From a virus (lineage: Duplodnaviria; Caudoviricetes), in IMG/VR virus record IMGVR_UViG_3300033075_000716, positions 3,935 to 67,934 of that record: a stretch of DNA of 64,000 bases; one strand, 5' to 3'. Position numbers and translations under genes: made by a program. Positions within the stretch are counted from its first letter, which is position 1, and each line of letters starts with the position of its first letter. Positions 53,290-63,322 of the stretch are shown here, in pieces. The notes beneath the pieces are model-generated. The model made no database searches. It was not told where the DNA came from and saw only the letters and a list, made by a program, of their open reading frames with translations.

Positions 53290-54384
53290 ATGGAACGACG
53301 GGAACTCCTAACGCATTCGCGAATGTCCGCGTTCAAAGAATGCAGGCGAAAGCACTGGTATTCCTACGAACTCGGCTTGCGGCGAATAGACGACGCGAGA
53401 GCGCTGCGCATGGGGTCCGCCATGCATGACGGTATCGACGCACTTGGAAACAATCTCGGCGTCGAAGTAGCATGTGAGCGAATTGATACACGATATGCGA
53501 ATTGTCCCGATGCTTTCGATGGCTACCGTTGGGCAATCGAGCATGAAACGATGCGACGTCTCGTCTGCGCTTACGATTGGCGATGGGGCGAGTCGCCGAT
53601 TGAAAATGTCTGCGTCGAGCGTGCGTTTTCGTTGCCGCTCATCAACCCGGCCACTGGTAGGCAAACACCATCTTTCGACCTGGGCGGCAAGATCGACGGA
53701 GTTGTCCGCCTTGAAGATGGACGGCTCGCGGTCAAGGAAACAAAAACCGTTTCGGAAGACATCGGCCCGGATTCACCGCTTTGGCGTCGGCTCCGCATGG
53801 ATCAACAGATAACGCTCTACCTTCACGCGGCCCGCGAACTTGGCTTTCCGGTCGAGACAGTCCTTTACGACGTGATACGCAAGCCGACGATTGATGCGAC
53901 GCCGGTGCCCCTGACTGACGAGGACGGGAAGAAGATCGTTCTCGATGCTCACGGCGAACGCATTCGGAACACCACCGGCAAGAAGGAGTGGCGTCAGACG
54001 GCCGACGTCGAAAAGGGCTACGTTCTCCAAACGCGGTCGATGTCGCCGGACGAATGGGGCGAGAAGCTGACGGCGGACATCGTTTCGCGACCCGACTATT
54101 ATTTCGCCCGCGTCGAGATTGCTCGCCTTGACGCGGACATTGAGGAATTCAAAGCCGAGCTTTGGGACGTTCAATTAAGCGTCCGCGACGCGCAGAAGAA
54201 CGGCAGGCACTACCGAACCGTGAACCGCAACTCATGCGGATTCTGCACCTATTTCGACCTGTGCTGCACGGGCCAAGAAATTAACCCAGCGTATCCACCG
54301 GCAGGATTTACGATCCTGACCGATCCACACCCTGAACTAGAAAGAGTGGAAAACTTATGCGAATCTGCAAAGGATGCGGGATAA
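53290..54384 (+). CDS. PD-(D/E)xK exonuclease (RecE/AddB-like)
   Basis: LTHSRMSAFKECRRKHW, LRMGSAMH, GKIDGVV, VKETKT, QITLY and CGFCTYFDLC. Confidence 0.85.
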   Translation: MERRELLTHSRMSAFKECRRKHWYSYELGLRRIDDARALRMGSAMHDGIDALGNNLGVEVACERIDTRYANCPDAFDGYRWAIEHETMRRLVCAYDWRWGESPIENVCVERAFSLPLINPATGRQTPSFDLGGKIDGVVRLEDGRLAVKETKTVSEDIGPDSPLWRRLRMDQQITLYLHAARELGFPVETVLYDVIRKPTIDATPVPLTDEDGKKIVLDAHGERIRNTTGKKEWRQTADVEKGYVLQTRSMSPDEWGEKLTADIVSRPDYYFARVEIARLDADIEEFKAELWDVQLSVRDAQKNGRHYRTVNRNSCGFCTYFDLCCTGQEINPAYPPAGFTILTDPHPELERVENLCESAKDAG

Positions 54385-55013
54385 ACTTCGTGCCAAAAAA
54401 TAAGAGAAGCCCAGGAACATATTGTTCTAAGCCGTGCGGGCTGCGGCACAGGAACGCTCAGCGAATCAACAGCGGGGAACCATTCGAGCAAAAATACGAC
54501 ATCGACCAGTCTACCGGATGCTGGGTGTGGAAGCGAGCGTCCGACCGTGACGGATATGGCAAGCACAGGTCATACAGAGACGGCAAATCGGCAGACAAGC
54601 GAGCCCACGTCTACTCTTACGAATCCACTCATGGCCCCGTGCCAAAAGGTTTGGTTTTAGACCATTTGTGTAGGAACCAGTCATGCGTCAACCCTGAACA
54701 TCTTGAGCCTGTCACTGTAGCGGAAAACAGAAGACGTGGCGCGAATATGAAGTTAAACGCCTCGCAAGTGGAGCGTATACGAGAAAAATACGCCTCTGGT
54801 GGAACCAAGCAATCAGAATTAGCGATTGAATACAAAGTGTCGGCAAGCCAAATACACAGAATTGTTACTGGCCAGGAATGGACTATTGGGATTGATAACC
54901 AGAAACTCACATTCAACAACTCTCTACAGTGGAAAAGGAGAAAACATGGAAACTGCAATCAAGCCACCGCCACCAAGGCCGATTCCGCCACCACCGATCA
55001 AGCAATCTGCTAG
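54357..55013 (+). CDS. HNH homing endonuclease
   Basis: GCWVW, RAHVYSY, LDHLCRNQSCVNPEHLEPVTVAEN and a C-terminal HTH; wedged between nuclease and ATPase. Confidence 0.85.
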   Translation: MRICKGCGINFVPKNKRSPGTYCSKPCGLRHRNAQRINSGEPFEQKYDIDQSTGCWVWKRASDRDGYGKHRSYRDGKSADKRAHVYSYESTHGPVPKGLVLDHLCRNQSCVNPEHLEPVTVAENRRRGANMKLNASQVERIREKYASGGTKQSELAIEYKVSASQIHRIVTGQEWTIGIDNQKLTFNNSLQWKRRKHGNCNQATATKADSATTDQAIC

Positions 55014-55797
55014 GAATGGGGACGCCCCATTGCCGACAAAAGGGAAATTCAAGATCGATGTTGGTGTTAAAACCGGCATGCAAAAAGTGGTTATCTATTC
55101 CAGCGGCGGGGCGGGAAAAACATCGCTGGCCGCATCCTTGAGTCAGGTTGGGATAACTCCGCTTATTCTGGACCTGGAGCAAGGCAGTAAGCATTGTGAC
55201 GTTTCGCGGATCGACACTATCGAATCGTGGGACGATCTTCGGTCAATCCTTCACGACCAAGAATTGCTCAGACCTTTCGGGGCAATCGTCATCGACTCAT
55301 TGACCAAGGCCGAAGAAATGGCGACGGCTTGGACTTTGGAAAATGTTCCGCACGAAAAAGGCCATTTCGTTTCGAGCATTGAGGGCTACGGGTTCGGGAA
55401 AGGAGTAACCTATGTTTACGAAACCATGCTTAGGCTTATCGGCGATCTGGACGCTATCGCTAGGTCGGGAAAGCATGTGGTTTGCACGGCACATGAATGC
55501 GTAACGAATGTGCCGAATCCAACCGGGGAAGACTGGATTCGTTACGAGCCGCGTTTACAATCGCCAACGAGTGGCAAGTCATCCGTTCGCCACAAAATAA
55601 AAGAGTGGGCCGACAGCCTTCTCTTTATCGGATACGACACATACGTGACGAAAGACGGTAAAGGCCAAGGGTCCGGCACTCGCACGATTTATCCATGCGA
55701 AATGCCGACCCACTTGGCAAAATCTCGCTCTCTCTCTGAGCCGATCCCGTACGTTCGCGGATCGGCCGATCTTTGGAAACAGGTATTCGGAGGTTAA
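54946..55797 (+). CDS. AAA_24 / Sak4-like ATPase (single-strand annealing)
   Basis: RBS AAGGAG; GGAGKTS, IVIDSLT, GFGKG, TAHE and AKSR. Confidence 0.85.
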   Translation: METAIKPPPPRPIPPPPIKQSARNGDAPLPTKGKFKIDVGVKTGMQKVVIYSSGGAGKTSLAASLSQVGITPLILDLEQGSKHCDVSRIDTIESWDDLRSILHDQELLRPFGAIVIDSLTKAEEMATAWTLENVPHEKGHFVSSIEGYGFGKGVTYVYETMLRLIGDLDAIARSGKHVVCTAHECVTNVPNPTGEDWIRYEPRLQSPTSGKSSVRHKIKEWADSLLFIGYDTYVTKDGKGQGSGTRTIYPCEMPTHLAKSRSLSEPIPYVRGSADLWKQVFGG

Positions 55798-55802
55798 TAA
55801 TT

Positions 55803-56396
55803 ATGGCTCAGCAAGTTGACCGAGAAGGAGTCTTTCGCGCGGAGATAAAAGCCTACGGCTTACGCGCGATGGAAAGCGGGTCGGTTTGCGTCACGATCCA
55901 GGCGGCGCTGTTCCATTTTTGGGAAGGTGATGCGTGGATTCCGTGGTCGGAGTACGACATGGAGGCGACCGGCGACATTTGGATCATCAAGACCGATGGC
56001 ACGCTCAACGACGGCGCGGCGAAAAGCCTCATCAATAACGCTGGATGGGACGGAAGTATCGAGTCCATCGTCAACGAAACGTGGCAGCCGACGCCGTGCC
56101 AGGTGACGATCAAAGCGAATGAATACAAGGGGCAAAGAAGCCTCAAGATTGCTTTCGTCAACGACTTTGATCGGACGCCGGGCGGACTCGGAAACGTCGA
56201 TTCGGATCGAGCGAAGGCGTTCCAAGCGAAGTTTGGGCCGTCTCTTCGCGCGATGCTCGGCAACGCGAAACGCAACACGGCTCCACCAGCGGGCAAGCCG
56301 AAAGCGCCGCCTCTCAGAGTGCCTGAGACTCCGGCAACGGCGGGGAGCGGGCTCTCTCCGAGTAATGGTGAGCGGGATAACGAAATTCCGTTTTGA
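55803..56396 (+). CDS. single-stranded DNA-binding protein-like
   Basis: OB-like N-terminus, Pro-rich linker and acidic DNEIPF tail; follows the Sak4-like gene. Confidence 0.7.
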   Translation: MAQQVDREGVFRAEIKAYGLRAMESGSVCVTIQAALFHFWEGDAWIPWSEYDMEATGDIWIIKTDGTLNDGAAKSLINNAGWDGSIESIVNETWQPTPCQVTIKANEYKGQRSLKIAFVNDFDRTPGGLGNVDSDRAKAFQAKFGPSLRAMLGNAKRNTAPPAGKPKAPPLRVPETPATAGSGLSPSNGERDNEIPF

Positions 56397-56486
56397 TCTT
56401 CCGCCGGCGGTAAGCCCTCGTGGTTCATCCCCCGCGAGGTTACTTCCGACGGTGGTTCAAACGTGCCCTTGTCTGAGCGGGGCAAT

Positions 56487-56585
56487 GCGTCGGCGGCGTG
56501 GACGGTGACACGCGACCCGGTAACAATAGGCGTCCGATCAGAGCGGTGGGACGGCCATAAGCGGGTTCAATTCCCGCCCGACGCA
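56487..56585 (+). ncRNA. tRNA-like structured element 1
   Basis: Acceptor GCGTCGG / CCGACGC-A, D-like stem GCGTG / CACGC, T arm GCGGG-TTCAATT-CCCGC, no canonical anticodon arm. Confidence 0.55.
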
Positions 56586-56620
56586 ATGAGATCCGATTAT
56601 CAACACGAAAGGAAGAAACA

Positions 56621-56857
56621 ATGGCAGGCAACACTCGCGGAACATATCGAAGCAAATCCAACGGCGGTCAAGGCGTGCCGACCCCGCCCACGTTTGATTT
56701 TGCTTACCTGAAATCATGCTGGCCGGAAACGACGCACAAGGAACCGCATCGCGGGCCGGGGAATACCGGCAAGACGAAATCGGAGCGACGGGCGCTCGCA
56801 AAGAAACGGTTCGGCATACCGAGCAAGGGACGGTTGCCAGTTGGTATTTCGGCGTGA
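56621..56857 (+). CDS. small basic protein
   Basis: RBS AAGGA; 78 aa. Confidence 0.4.
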   Translation: MAGNTRGTYRSKSNGGQGVPTPPTFDFAYLKSCWPETTHKEPHRGPGNTGKTKSERRALAKKRFGIPSKGRLPVGISA

Positions 56858-56991
56858 TTTAATGCGTCGGCGGCGTGGACGGTCAACTCTGACAGGTTGA
56901 TTTACACTCGGCTGCATGAGCCAAAATCTTGATTTTTCAGGAGCGGTGGAGCGGTTCCCCCGTGTCCCGTCTTTTTGAAAAAAGGAATTCC

Positions 56992-57339
56992 ATGGCGCAA
57001 GAAATTCTCTCAATCGACAACCTGGGCGATCTATCCAATGGCGCGGCCCGCCTGATGATCGACCGCGAAATTTACAAAGCTGTTGCCGACCTATACGACC
57101 GTGGCAACGAAGACGGCAAGCCGCGAATCGTGTCGATCAATCTCGAAATCACGCTCAAGGGCGACATTGTCTTGGCCGCCGTCCGTTGCGGCGTCAAGCT
57201 GCCGCCGATGCAATCTGGAAATACCGTCGCCGAAGTCCGGCGGCGAGGAAATGAGGACGTTCTGCTTTTTCAAACGCTGAACGCCGACCGCGTGGACCAA
57301 AACACGTTCCAGGAATTTGAACCGAAGGAGGGCGAATAA
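56992..57339 (+). CDS. hypothetical phage protein (partner of the next gene)
   Basis: RBS AAGGA; DGKPRIVSINLEI pattern. Confidence 0.65.
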   Translation: MAQEILSIDNLGDLSNGAARLMIDREIYKAVADLYDRGNEDGKPRIVSINLEITLKGDIVLAAVRCGVKLPPMQSGNTVAEVRRRGNEDVLLFQTLNADRVDQNTFQEFEPKEGE

Positions 57340-58103
57340 TGCTTGCGGAATTTTTGAAGGCACTGGCGGAACAATCAGTCAAGGCGGCGACCGTGTCGCC
57401 AGTGCTCATCGACTTGACGAAGGATTACGTTTTTCGCGATGGCGACGGCCGTATCGAATACCTTCACGGCGGCCCGCCGTATCGAAGCCACGAAGCCGAC
57501 GACCTCGAAACTATTGTTGCCTTCGCGAACGATCCGCAATGGCCGAATGCCGCACTCTGGTATTCTTCGGCTCAGGTGGTTTGCCTTCTCGACGGCAAAG
57601 ATCGTCGCGAAGGCGTGCGGCTAACATTGGAAACGTCGCCGCAATGGTCCGATTTGGTGTCCCAAGACGCGGGACCGAAAGGCATGAGCCAGCGGGAATT
57701 GTTGTCGAAACTTCGCATTCTTTATCGCGACAACCTTGAACGCGCTGGCGACATTATCGGCGTCCTTAAAGTAATCGACTGGAAGGCGGGAGCCGCCGGA
57801 AACTCGAATATCGACCGCGGGAAAAGTTCGGTCGGAAAGACGATTACGGCCGAGCTTCAAGGCGTCAAGAACATCCCGGAATACGTCTCGCTTATGGTTT
57901 CGCCGTGGCTTGGCGTGATGCGTTCCGTTCACGTCGTCGTGGAGTGCGCGATCGAGATTGATGAGGCGACCCAGACTTTCAAGTTTTTCCCGTTGCCAGG
58001 ACAACTCGATAAAGCGAGCGTCGAAGCGGAAGCTGAGTTGCACGCGAAGTTGGCCGCAATGCTGGAAACGGTCGACGTGCCGATCTATCACGGGGAACCG
58101 TGA
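57339..58103 (+). CDS. DUF2303-like phage protein
   Basis: 254 aa; SQRELLSKLR...IDW..., IPEYVSLMV and FKFFPLPG resemble the DUF2303 layout. Confidence 0.45.
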   Translation: MLAEFLKALAEQSVKAATVSPVLIDLTKDYVFRDGDGRIEYLHGGPPYRSHEADDLETIVAFANDPQWPNAALWYSSAQVVCLLDGKDRREGVRLTLETSPQWSDLVSQDAGPKGMSQRELLSKLRILYRDNLERAGDIIGVLKVIDWKAGAAGNSNIDRGKSSVGKTITAELQGVKNIPEYVSLMVSPWLGVMRSVHVVVECAIEIDEATQTFKFFPLPGQLDKASVEAEAELHAKLAAMLETVDVPIYHGEP

Positions 58104-58109
58104 TCCAAA

Positions 58110-58168
58110 GCACGCTCTGGCGAGGCCCGCAACCCAAGCGGCGGGCGATGGTTCGATTCCATCCGTGC
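58110..58168 (+). ncRNA. tRNA-like structured element 2 (mini)
   Basis: GCACG / CGTGC closing stem, two small hairpins, T arm GATGG-TTCGATT-CCATC. Confidence 0.45.
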
Positions 58169-58638
58169 GTTTTGGCTGGGGGCGAAATGAATCCCGCCGC
58201 GTATCCAATCGCGGGGGCCGGCGAATACCGCGAATAAGTCGGGACGCCTCCAGCCATTTTTGAAATCAGGAGAGTTTCGCCATGCTTCTTTTTTCCGCCC
58301 TCTTGCTCGCAGACCTCGGCGAGATAGCAACCGTAGAACCGCAGCCTAAACCCGAGCGGCTTCCCAGCGAGCCGCAAGGCCACTGGCCTATAGCCGGGCG
58401 CGGGTGAGCCGCGCCAAAATCCCGCCGTGATTTTTTAAGAGGGGTTGCGGCGGGTGAGTTTTTCAATGGTGTTTGATTCGCAGACAGAGAGTGACCATCA
58501 AAATACGCTTGGCGGGAGCCGCTAAAGCGGGACCAATTACCAGGAGGTGCATGATGAGGATCAAGTAGGCAGAGACAATTCATATAGATTGGCTGCCGGT
58601 CATGGGGCCGGCAGCATGTACAGCCAGGAGTATCAGTC

Positions 58639-58980
58639 ATGCAAGGCCGTCTTTTCGATCTATCATCCCCAGACATGCCCCCCATCGTCCACACCTCGGA
58701 CCCAGCCACAAGCCAAGAGGCCGCCGACCGAGTGACGAAATCCGGACAGCGGGACAGGAACGCTGCTATTGTTCTCCGGCTGGTTCGCGAACTGCCAGGC
58801 CGCACGGCGACGGAACTTTGGGACGAATGCGGATCTGAGGTGCGGGACAAGTTGAAAGAGTCGCAGGAGATTCGGCGCCGGCTTACTGACCTGCTGCACT
58901 CGGGGGCGGTGCGGCAAGAGGGGCAGCGGCGGTGCCGGGTGCGGGGTAGCTTTATGGTTGTTTGGGGGATAGCTCCATGA
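58639..58980 (+). CDS. winged-helix-like phage protein
   Basis: TSDPATSQEAA motif; GRTATEL...IRRRLTDL. Confidence 0.65.
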   Translation: MQGRLFDLSSPDMPPIVHTSDPATSQEAADRVTKSGQRDRNAAIVLRLVRELPGRTATELWDECGSEVRDKLKESQEIRRRLTDLLHSGAVRQEGQRRCRVRGSFMVVWGIAP

Positions 58981-59966
58981 AAGCTCCCTTCCCCTGGTTC
59001 GGAGGCAAGCGCCGCGCGGCCCCGATTGCCTGGCAGCGATTCGGCGACGTGAAAAACTACATAGAACCCTTCTTTGGATCGGGAGCCGTTTTGCTTGAGC
59101 GCAAGACTCCGTTCGATGGCGTCGAAACCGTGAACGATCTTGACGGCCTGGTTGCGAATTTTTGGCGGGCCGTCGCCGCGAACCCGGACGCGGTTGCCGA
59201 TCATGCTGATTGGCCGGTGAACGAAAACGACCTGCACGCGAGGCATGCCTGGCTCGTCGGGCAAAAAGACGCGATTCAATCCAGGCTTGAAGGGGATGCG
59301 GATTTCTTTGACGCAAAAGTCGCTGGCTGGTGGGTGTGGGGCATGGCGTGCTGGATCGGGAGCGGATTTTGTTCGGGACACGGCCCTTGGCAGGTCATCG
59401 AAAAGGACGGCACCAGGCAACTCGTCCACCTTGGCGACGCGGGGCGAGGGGTGAATAGGCAACGCGTCCACCTTGGCGACGCGGGGCGAGGGGTGAATAG
59501 GAAACGCGACAATCACCGGGAATGCCTTTTCGATTACATGCGGGGGCTATCGGACAGGCTGAGGCATGTGCGCGTTTGCTGCGGTGATTGGTCGCGAATC
59601 ATGGGTGAGACGCCAACCGAGACTTTCACTCCGTGCGGTGTCTTTCTTGATCCGCCCTACGCGGACACGGCGAAGCGAGACAAGGATTTGTACCGCGTCG
59701 ATTGCCTCAAGGTCGCGCACGATGTTCGTGAATGGGCTATCGCGAACGGTGACAACAGGAACCTGAGGATATGCCTCGCTGGATACGAAGGAGAACACGT
59801 TATGCCGGAATCATGGGATTGCGTCGACGGCGTAGCTGGCGGTGGCAGCGGCTACGGGGGGCAATCGAAAGGTGGCTACAAGAACGCGAAGCGGGAACGT
59901 CTTTGGTTCTCCCCGCATTGCGTCCAAGTTGGCGGCGGGCTGTTTGATTTAGTGGAGGCGGAGTAA
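58977..59966 (+). CDS. DNA N6-adenine methyltransferase (D12/Dam class)
   Basis: PFPWFGGK, YIEPFFGSGA, NDLDG and FLDPPY; 42-bp internal tandem duplication at 59423-59501. Confidence 0.9.
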   Translation: MKAPFPWFGGKRRAAPIAWQRFGDVKNYIEPFFGSGAVLLERKTPFDGVETVNDLDGLVANFWRAVAANPDAVADHADWPVNENDLHARHAWLVGQKDAIQSRLEGDADFFDAKVAGWWVWGMACWIGSGFCSGHGPWQVIEKDGTRQLVHLGDAGRGVNRQRVHLGDAGRGVNRKRDNHRECLFDYMRGLSDRLRHVRVCCGDWSRIMGETPTETFTPCGVFLDPPYADTAKRDKDLYRVDCLKVAHDVREWAIANGDNRNLRICLAGYEGEHVMPESWDCVDGVAGGGSGYGGQSKGGYKNAKRERLWFSPHCVQVGGGLFDLVEAE

Positions 59967-60176
59967 ATGCCACGCAACGTAGACGGCGCACGCTAGGCGA
60001 CTATGCCTCACGCGACATGCCAGTTTGCTTTCTGTTTGACGATTTAGGTAAGGTTGGTGGCGTCTCCTACCAGGGACTCCAAAGACCACGATTCACACAC
60101 TCGCCCTCGCGCGTCTTTCCCTGGTAGGTTTTCGCCGGGGGCGGGTGTTTTCTTCTCCAAGGTTTGGAGCGTCGCT

Positions 60177-60908
60177 GTGATTGTTGACCCTGATTTTCTT
60201 GACCATTGGAAAACAAGATTACTGGTCAACCTTCTCGCCGACGAGATTGCCCCTGTTTACGTCATTCGCCTTTGGGCACACTGTCAGATGCGTCACCAAT
60301 CGACATTCGATGGACTTACGCCAGAAGCTCTCAAAGCTCTCTGCCGCTTTCCTGGACACGCCAACAAGTTGGAATCCTCGTTAGTGGCTTCGGGTTTTGT
60401 TCGCCGCGAGGGTACTCTCCTAAATGTCACCAATTGGGACACATACAACGCAAGCTTAATCGCAGCATGGGGTAACGGGTCAAAAGGAGGAAGGCCAAAA
60501 GGAAGCAAAAACCCAACGGTAACCAATGGAAAACCCACGGGTAACCCACGGGTTAGCGAGAAGAGAAGAGGAGAGAAGAAGAAACCCCCTTTATCCCCCA
60601 AGGGGGAGGGGGTGGTTTTTCCTCAAGAATTGGATAGCGACCGTTTTCGCGACGCGTGGTTCCAATGGGAACGGCACCGAAAGGAGTTGAAGGTCAAGGC
60701 GTACACTCCGACTGGAGTTGCGCGGCAGTTCAAAAAGCTGGCCGAACTTGGCGAGGACAGGGCCGTTGCCGCGATTGATTTTTCGATCCGGCAGAATTAC
60801 CAGGGAGTTTACGAGCCGAAGGAAGCGAACGAGCAGGCCACTAAGGAGCCGTTCAGGCAAAAAATCATGACGGAAGAAGAAGCCGCCGACTGGAGGATGG
60901 GGTCATGA
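60177..60908 (+). CDS. replication initiator-like protein
   Basis: DPDFLDHWKT, LWAHC, KGGRP linker and C-terminal SIRQNYQG domain; internal AACCCACGGGT repeats at 60509-60553. Confidence 0.65.
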   Translation: MIVDPDFLDHWKTRLLVNLLADEIAPVYVIRLWAHCQMRHQSTFDGLTPEALKALCRFPGHANKLESSLVASGFVRREGTLLNVTNWDTYNASLIAAWGNGSKGGRPKGSKNPTVTNGKPTGNPRVSEKRRGEKKKPPLSPKGEGVVFPQELDSDRFRDAWFQWERHRKELKVKAYTPTGVARQFKKLAELGEDRAVAAIDFSIRQNYQGVYEPKEANEQATKEPFRQKIMTEEEAADWRMGS

Positions 60909-61444
60909 TTTCCGCAACGACAAAAACTACCGGCGAATGGAAGACGGAAGCCGAGGCGTGGGAAGATTTTGACCGCGTGATAGATCAATCTGCCGCGTTC
61001 AAGGTCTATCGTGAAGTGGAAGGTTTCTACGTGCAACCTCGGTCATGCACCGAAGACAAATCGGCAAGTATTGACCGGATACTCTGCCCGCTTCGCAAAG
61101 CAATCGATGCGGGATGGCCGGACGGTGCATTTGGCGTCGAAGGAAAAAAGTCAGGAACAAAGATCGGCAAGATTGTCGCTCAAGCGATGGATTATTCCAG
61201 GTGCGCGTTTCACTTGGACAGTGGGTTTGTGATTCTCTTGCCATGGGTGTTTATATTCCCCGCAGACGGACAACTTGGCGACCTTGCGAGCGTCATGGCG
61301 CACAATCGCATCGGGACTGCCTGCCTTTCCCTGAATGGGCGGTTGTGTTTTTCTTGCGCTGGAATCAATGGGATTGTTATTGGCCCTGATGGCGACATTG
61401 ACGCGAAAAAGCTGCCGCTGGGCCAGAAAAGGGGGAGCAGATGA
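60905..61444 (+). CDS. restriction-endonuclease-fold-like protein
   Basis: REV...IDRIL...GVEGKKS pattern resembles a PD-(D/E)xK core. Confidence 0.45.
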   Translation: MISATTKTTGEWKTEAEAWEDFDRVIDQSAAFKVYREVEGFYVQPRSCTEDKSASIDRILCPLRKAIDAGWPDGAFGVEGKKSGTKIGKIVAQAMDYSRCAFHLDSGFVILLPWVFIFPADGQLGDLASVMAHNRIGTACLSLNGRLCFSCAGINGIVIGPDGDIDAKKLPLGQKRGSR

Positions 61445-63246
61445 TCGAATTCAAAAACATCCCCGGACCGCTCAAGGATCGTCGGCAATGGGTTCTTTGG
61501 CAAAACGTAGTTCGCGACGGGCACGCAACGAAAGTACCATTTCAATCGAACCACACGCCCGCGAAAGCGAATGATCCTAAAACATGGACCACTTTTGAAA
61601 CGGTTCGCGCCGTCTACCTTTCCCACGAATACGCAGGCATAGGGTTCGAGTTTTCGTCTGACGACGGCTTTTGCGGCATCGACTTGGACGGTTGCCGCAA
61701 CCCAGACACCGGAGAGATCGCGGAATGGGCCGAAGAAATTCTGTTGGGGTTCTCGACCTACTCCGAAGTCTCGCCAAGCGGAACCGGCGTGAAGTTGTTC
61801 GTGAAAGCGAAACTCCCATTCGACCGAGGCCGCAAAAAGGAACTGCCGAGCGTGCCAAGGATGGGGGCGAAGAATCCGGCAATCGAACTCTACGACCAGG
61901 CCCGCTACTTCGCCGTCACTGGTGAGCGGCTAAACCAATATCCAACAGACCCGCAAGACGGCCAGGAAGCGTTGCTGGCGTTGATCGGCAAGTATTTCGC
62001 AGAACCTATCCCTTCTGCCCCGCGCGTTGATTTCCGGTCAAATGATGCAGTTGTGGAGCGTGCCAGAAAGTATCTCGCTAAGATCCCGCCGGCGATGAGT
62101 GGAAGTGGCGGCCACAATCAAACCTTTCACGCGGCTTGCGTACTCGTCTTGGGGTTCGAGCTATCAGAGGGTGACGCGCTTGGTCTGCTCAGCGAGTACA
62201 ACCAAAAATGCCAACCGCCTTGGAGCGAACGGGAGTTACAGCACAAAGTCGCGAGCGCGGCAAAGCAACCGGGGGAACGCGGATACCTGCGCAATGTATC
62301 GCCGGAACGGTGGGATTCCGTCAAGTTGCCCGCCTATGCCGCGCCAGTTGCCCAGAAATCGACGCGAGATGAGAAACCGGAGACTCGCCCGCCAGTCCTG
62401 CTTGTGGACGCGGCACGGAGTTACCTGGACGTTTTGCGGAGCGGCCAGGATGGGTTGGTGGAAATCGGAATCCCTGAACTGGACTACGCGATAGGCGGTG
62501 GAGTGTCGCCGGGAGAGATGGTGATATTTGCCGCGCGCCCCAGCCATGGCAAGAGCGCCGTCGCGATGCAATGCGTTCACGAATGGACGCGGCGAGGGAT
62601 GCCTTGCACGGTCATCAGCGAGGAAATGTCGGCGATGGCGCTGGGTAAACGGACGCTGCAATTCCTCTCCCCTATGCCGGTGGATTATTGGCGGGATTCG
62701 GTGCCAGCCCTCGAAAGCGAACTTGCCGAGTATGCATCGACGCGAGCTGATTGTTTCGTCTACGAATCTTGCGGGTCAGCACTCGCGGCGGCGGATGCAA
62801 TCGAAAAGTCGGTCAAGGAACGCGGGGTGCGGTGCGCCGTCGTTGATTACGCCCAGCTTCTTTCGTCGCCTGGCAAATCGCGATATGAGCAAGTTACGCA
62901 AACTTCTATTGTCTTGCGCCAGCTTGCATCGTCGCAAAAAATCGTCTTGCTTGTGCTCTGCCAATTAAACAGGGCGATTGAATCTCGCACGACTTTCAAG
63001 CCGCTAATGAGCGACCTAAAGGAGACGGGGCAGCTTGAGCAAGACGCCGATGTTATCACGTTCCTTTGCTGGCCGCACAGGATCGACCCGAGCGAACCGC
63101 CGAAGAAATACCAGTTCTTTATCTGCAAAAATCGCAACCGCGCGATCAATAAAGGCAGCGTCTTTTGCGAATTCGACCCGTCCCGGCAAACTGTCCGGGA
63201 CCAAGTACCGGAGTACCATCATGGAAACGGAAGGATACCAGAATGA
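61441..63246 (+). CDS. primase-helicase: AEP (prim-pol) + PriCT-like + DnaB-like SF4 helicase
   Basis: TKVPF, GIDLD, EVSPSGTGVK, IELYD; then AARPSHGKS, VVDYAQL, QLNR and LKETGQLEQDAD. Confidence 0.88.
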   Translation: MIEFKNIPGPLKDRRQWVLWQNVVRDGHATKVPFQSNHTPAKANDPKTWTTFETVRAVYLSHEYAGIGFEFSSDDGFCGIDLDGCRNPDTGEIAEWAEEILLGFSTYSEVSPSGTGVKLFVKAKLPFDRGRKKELPSVPRMGAKNPAIELYDQARYFAVTGERLNQYPTDPQDGQEALLALIGKYFAEPIPSAPRVDFRSNDAVVERARKYLAKIPPAMSGSGGHNQTFHAACVLVLGFELSEGDALGLLSEYNQKCQPPWSERELQHKVASAAKQPGERGYLRNVSPERWDSVKLPAYAAPVAQKSTRDEKPETRPPVLLVDAARSYLDVLRSGQDGLVEIGIPELDYAIGGGVSPGEMVIFAARPSHGKSAVAMQCVHEWTRRGMPCTVISEEMSAMALGKRTLQFLSPMPVDYWRDSVPALESELAEYASTRADCFVYESCGSALAAADAIEKSVKERGVRCAVVDYAQLLSSPGKSRYEQVTQTSIVLRQLASSQKIVLLVLCQLNRAIESRTTFKPLMSDLKETGQLEQDADVITFLCWPHRIDPSEPPKKYQFFICKNRNRAINKGSVFCEFDPSRQTVRDQVPEYHHGNGRIPE

Positions 63247-63322
63247 CGGGCATCCTGTTGAACCAGATCCAGAACTTGACGCGAGCAAATACGAGCCTCC
63301 CTTCTGAAAACGCAGCGGCGAA

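Noticed and set aside
56487-56585. Calling this element a canonical tRNA
   Set aside because: There is no 7-nt anticodon loop on a 5-bp stem at the expected position; kept as tRNA-like only.
59423-59501. 42-bp tandem duplication in the methyltransferase
   Set aside because: It is in frame, in a variable loop, and has only two copies; not a regulatory array.
58266-59516. 416-aa minus-strand ORF and similar long antisense ORFs (7087-8238, 8299-9366, 18926-20212, 23607-24683)
   Set aside because: GC-rich shadow frames opposite well-supported genes, with no recognisable motifs, unlike the intein antisense ORF.
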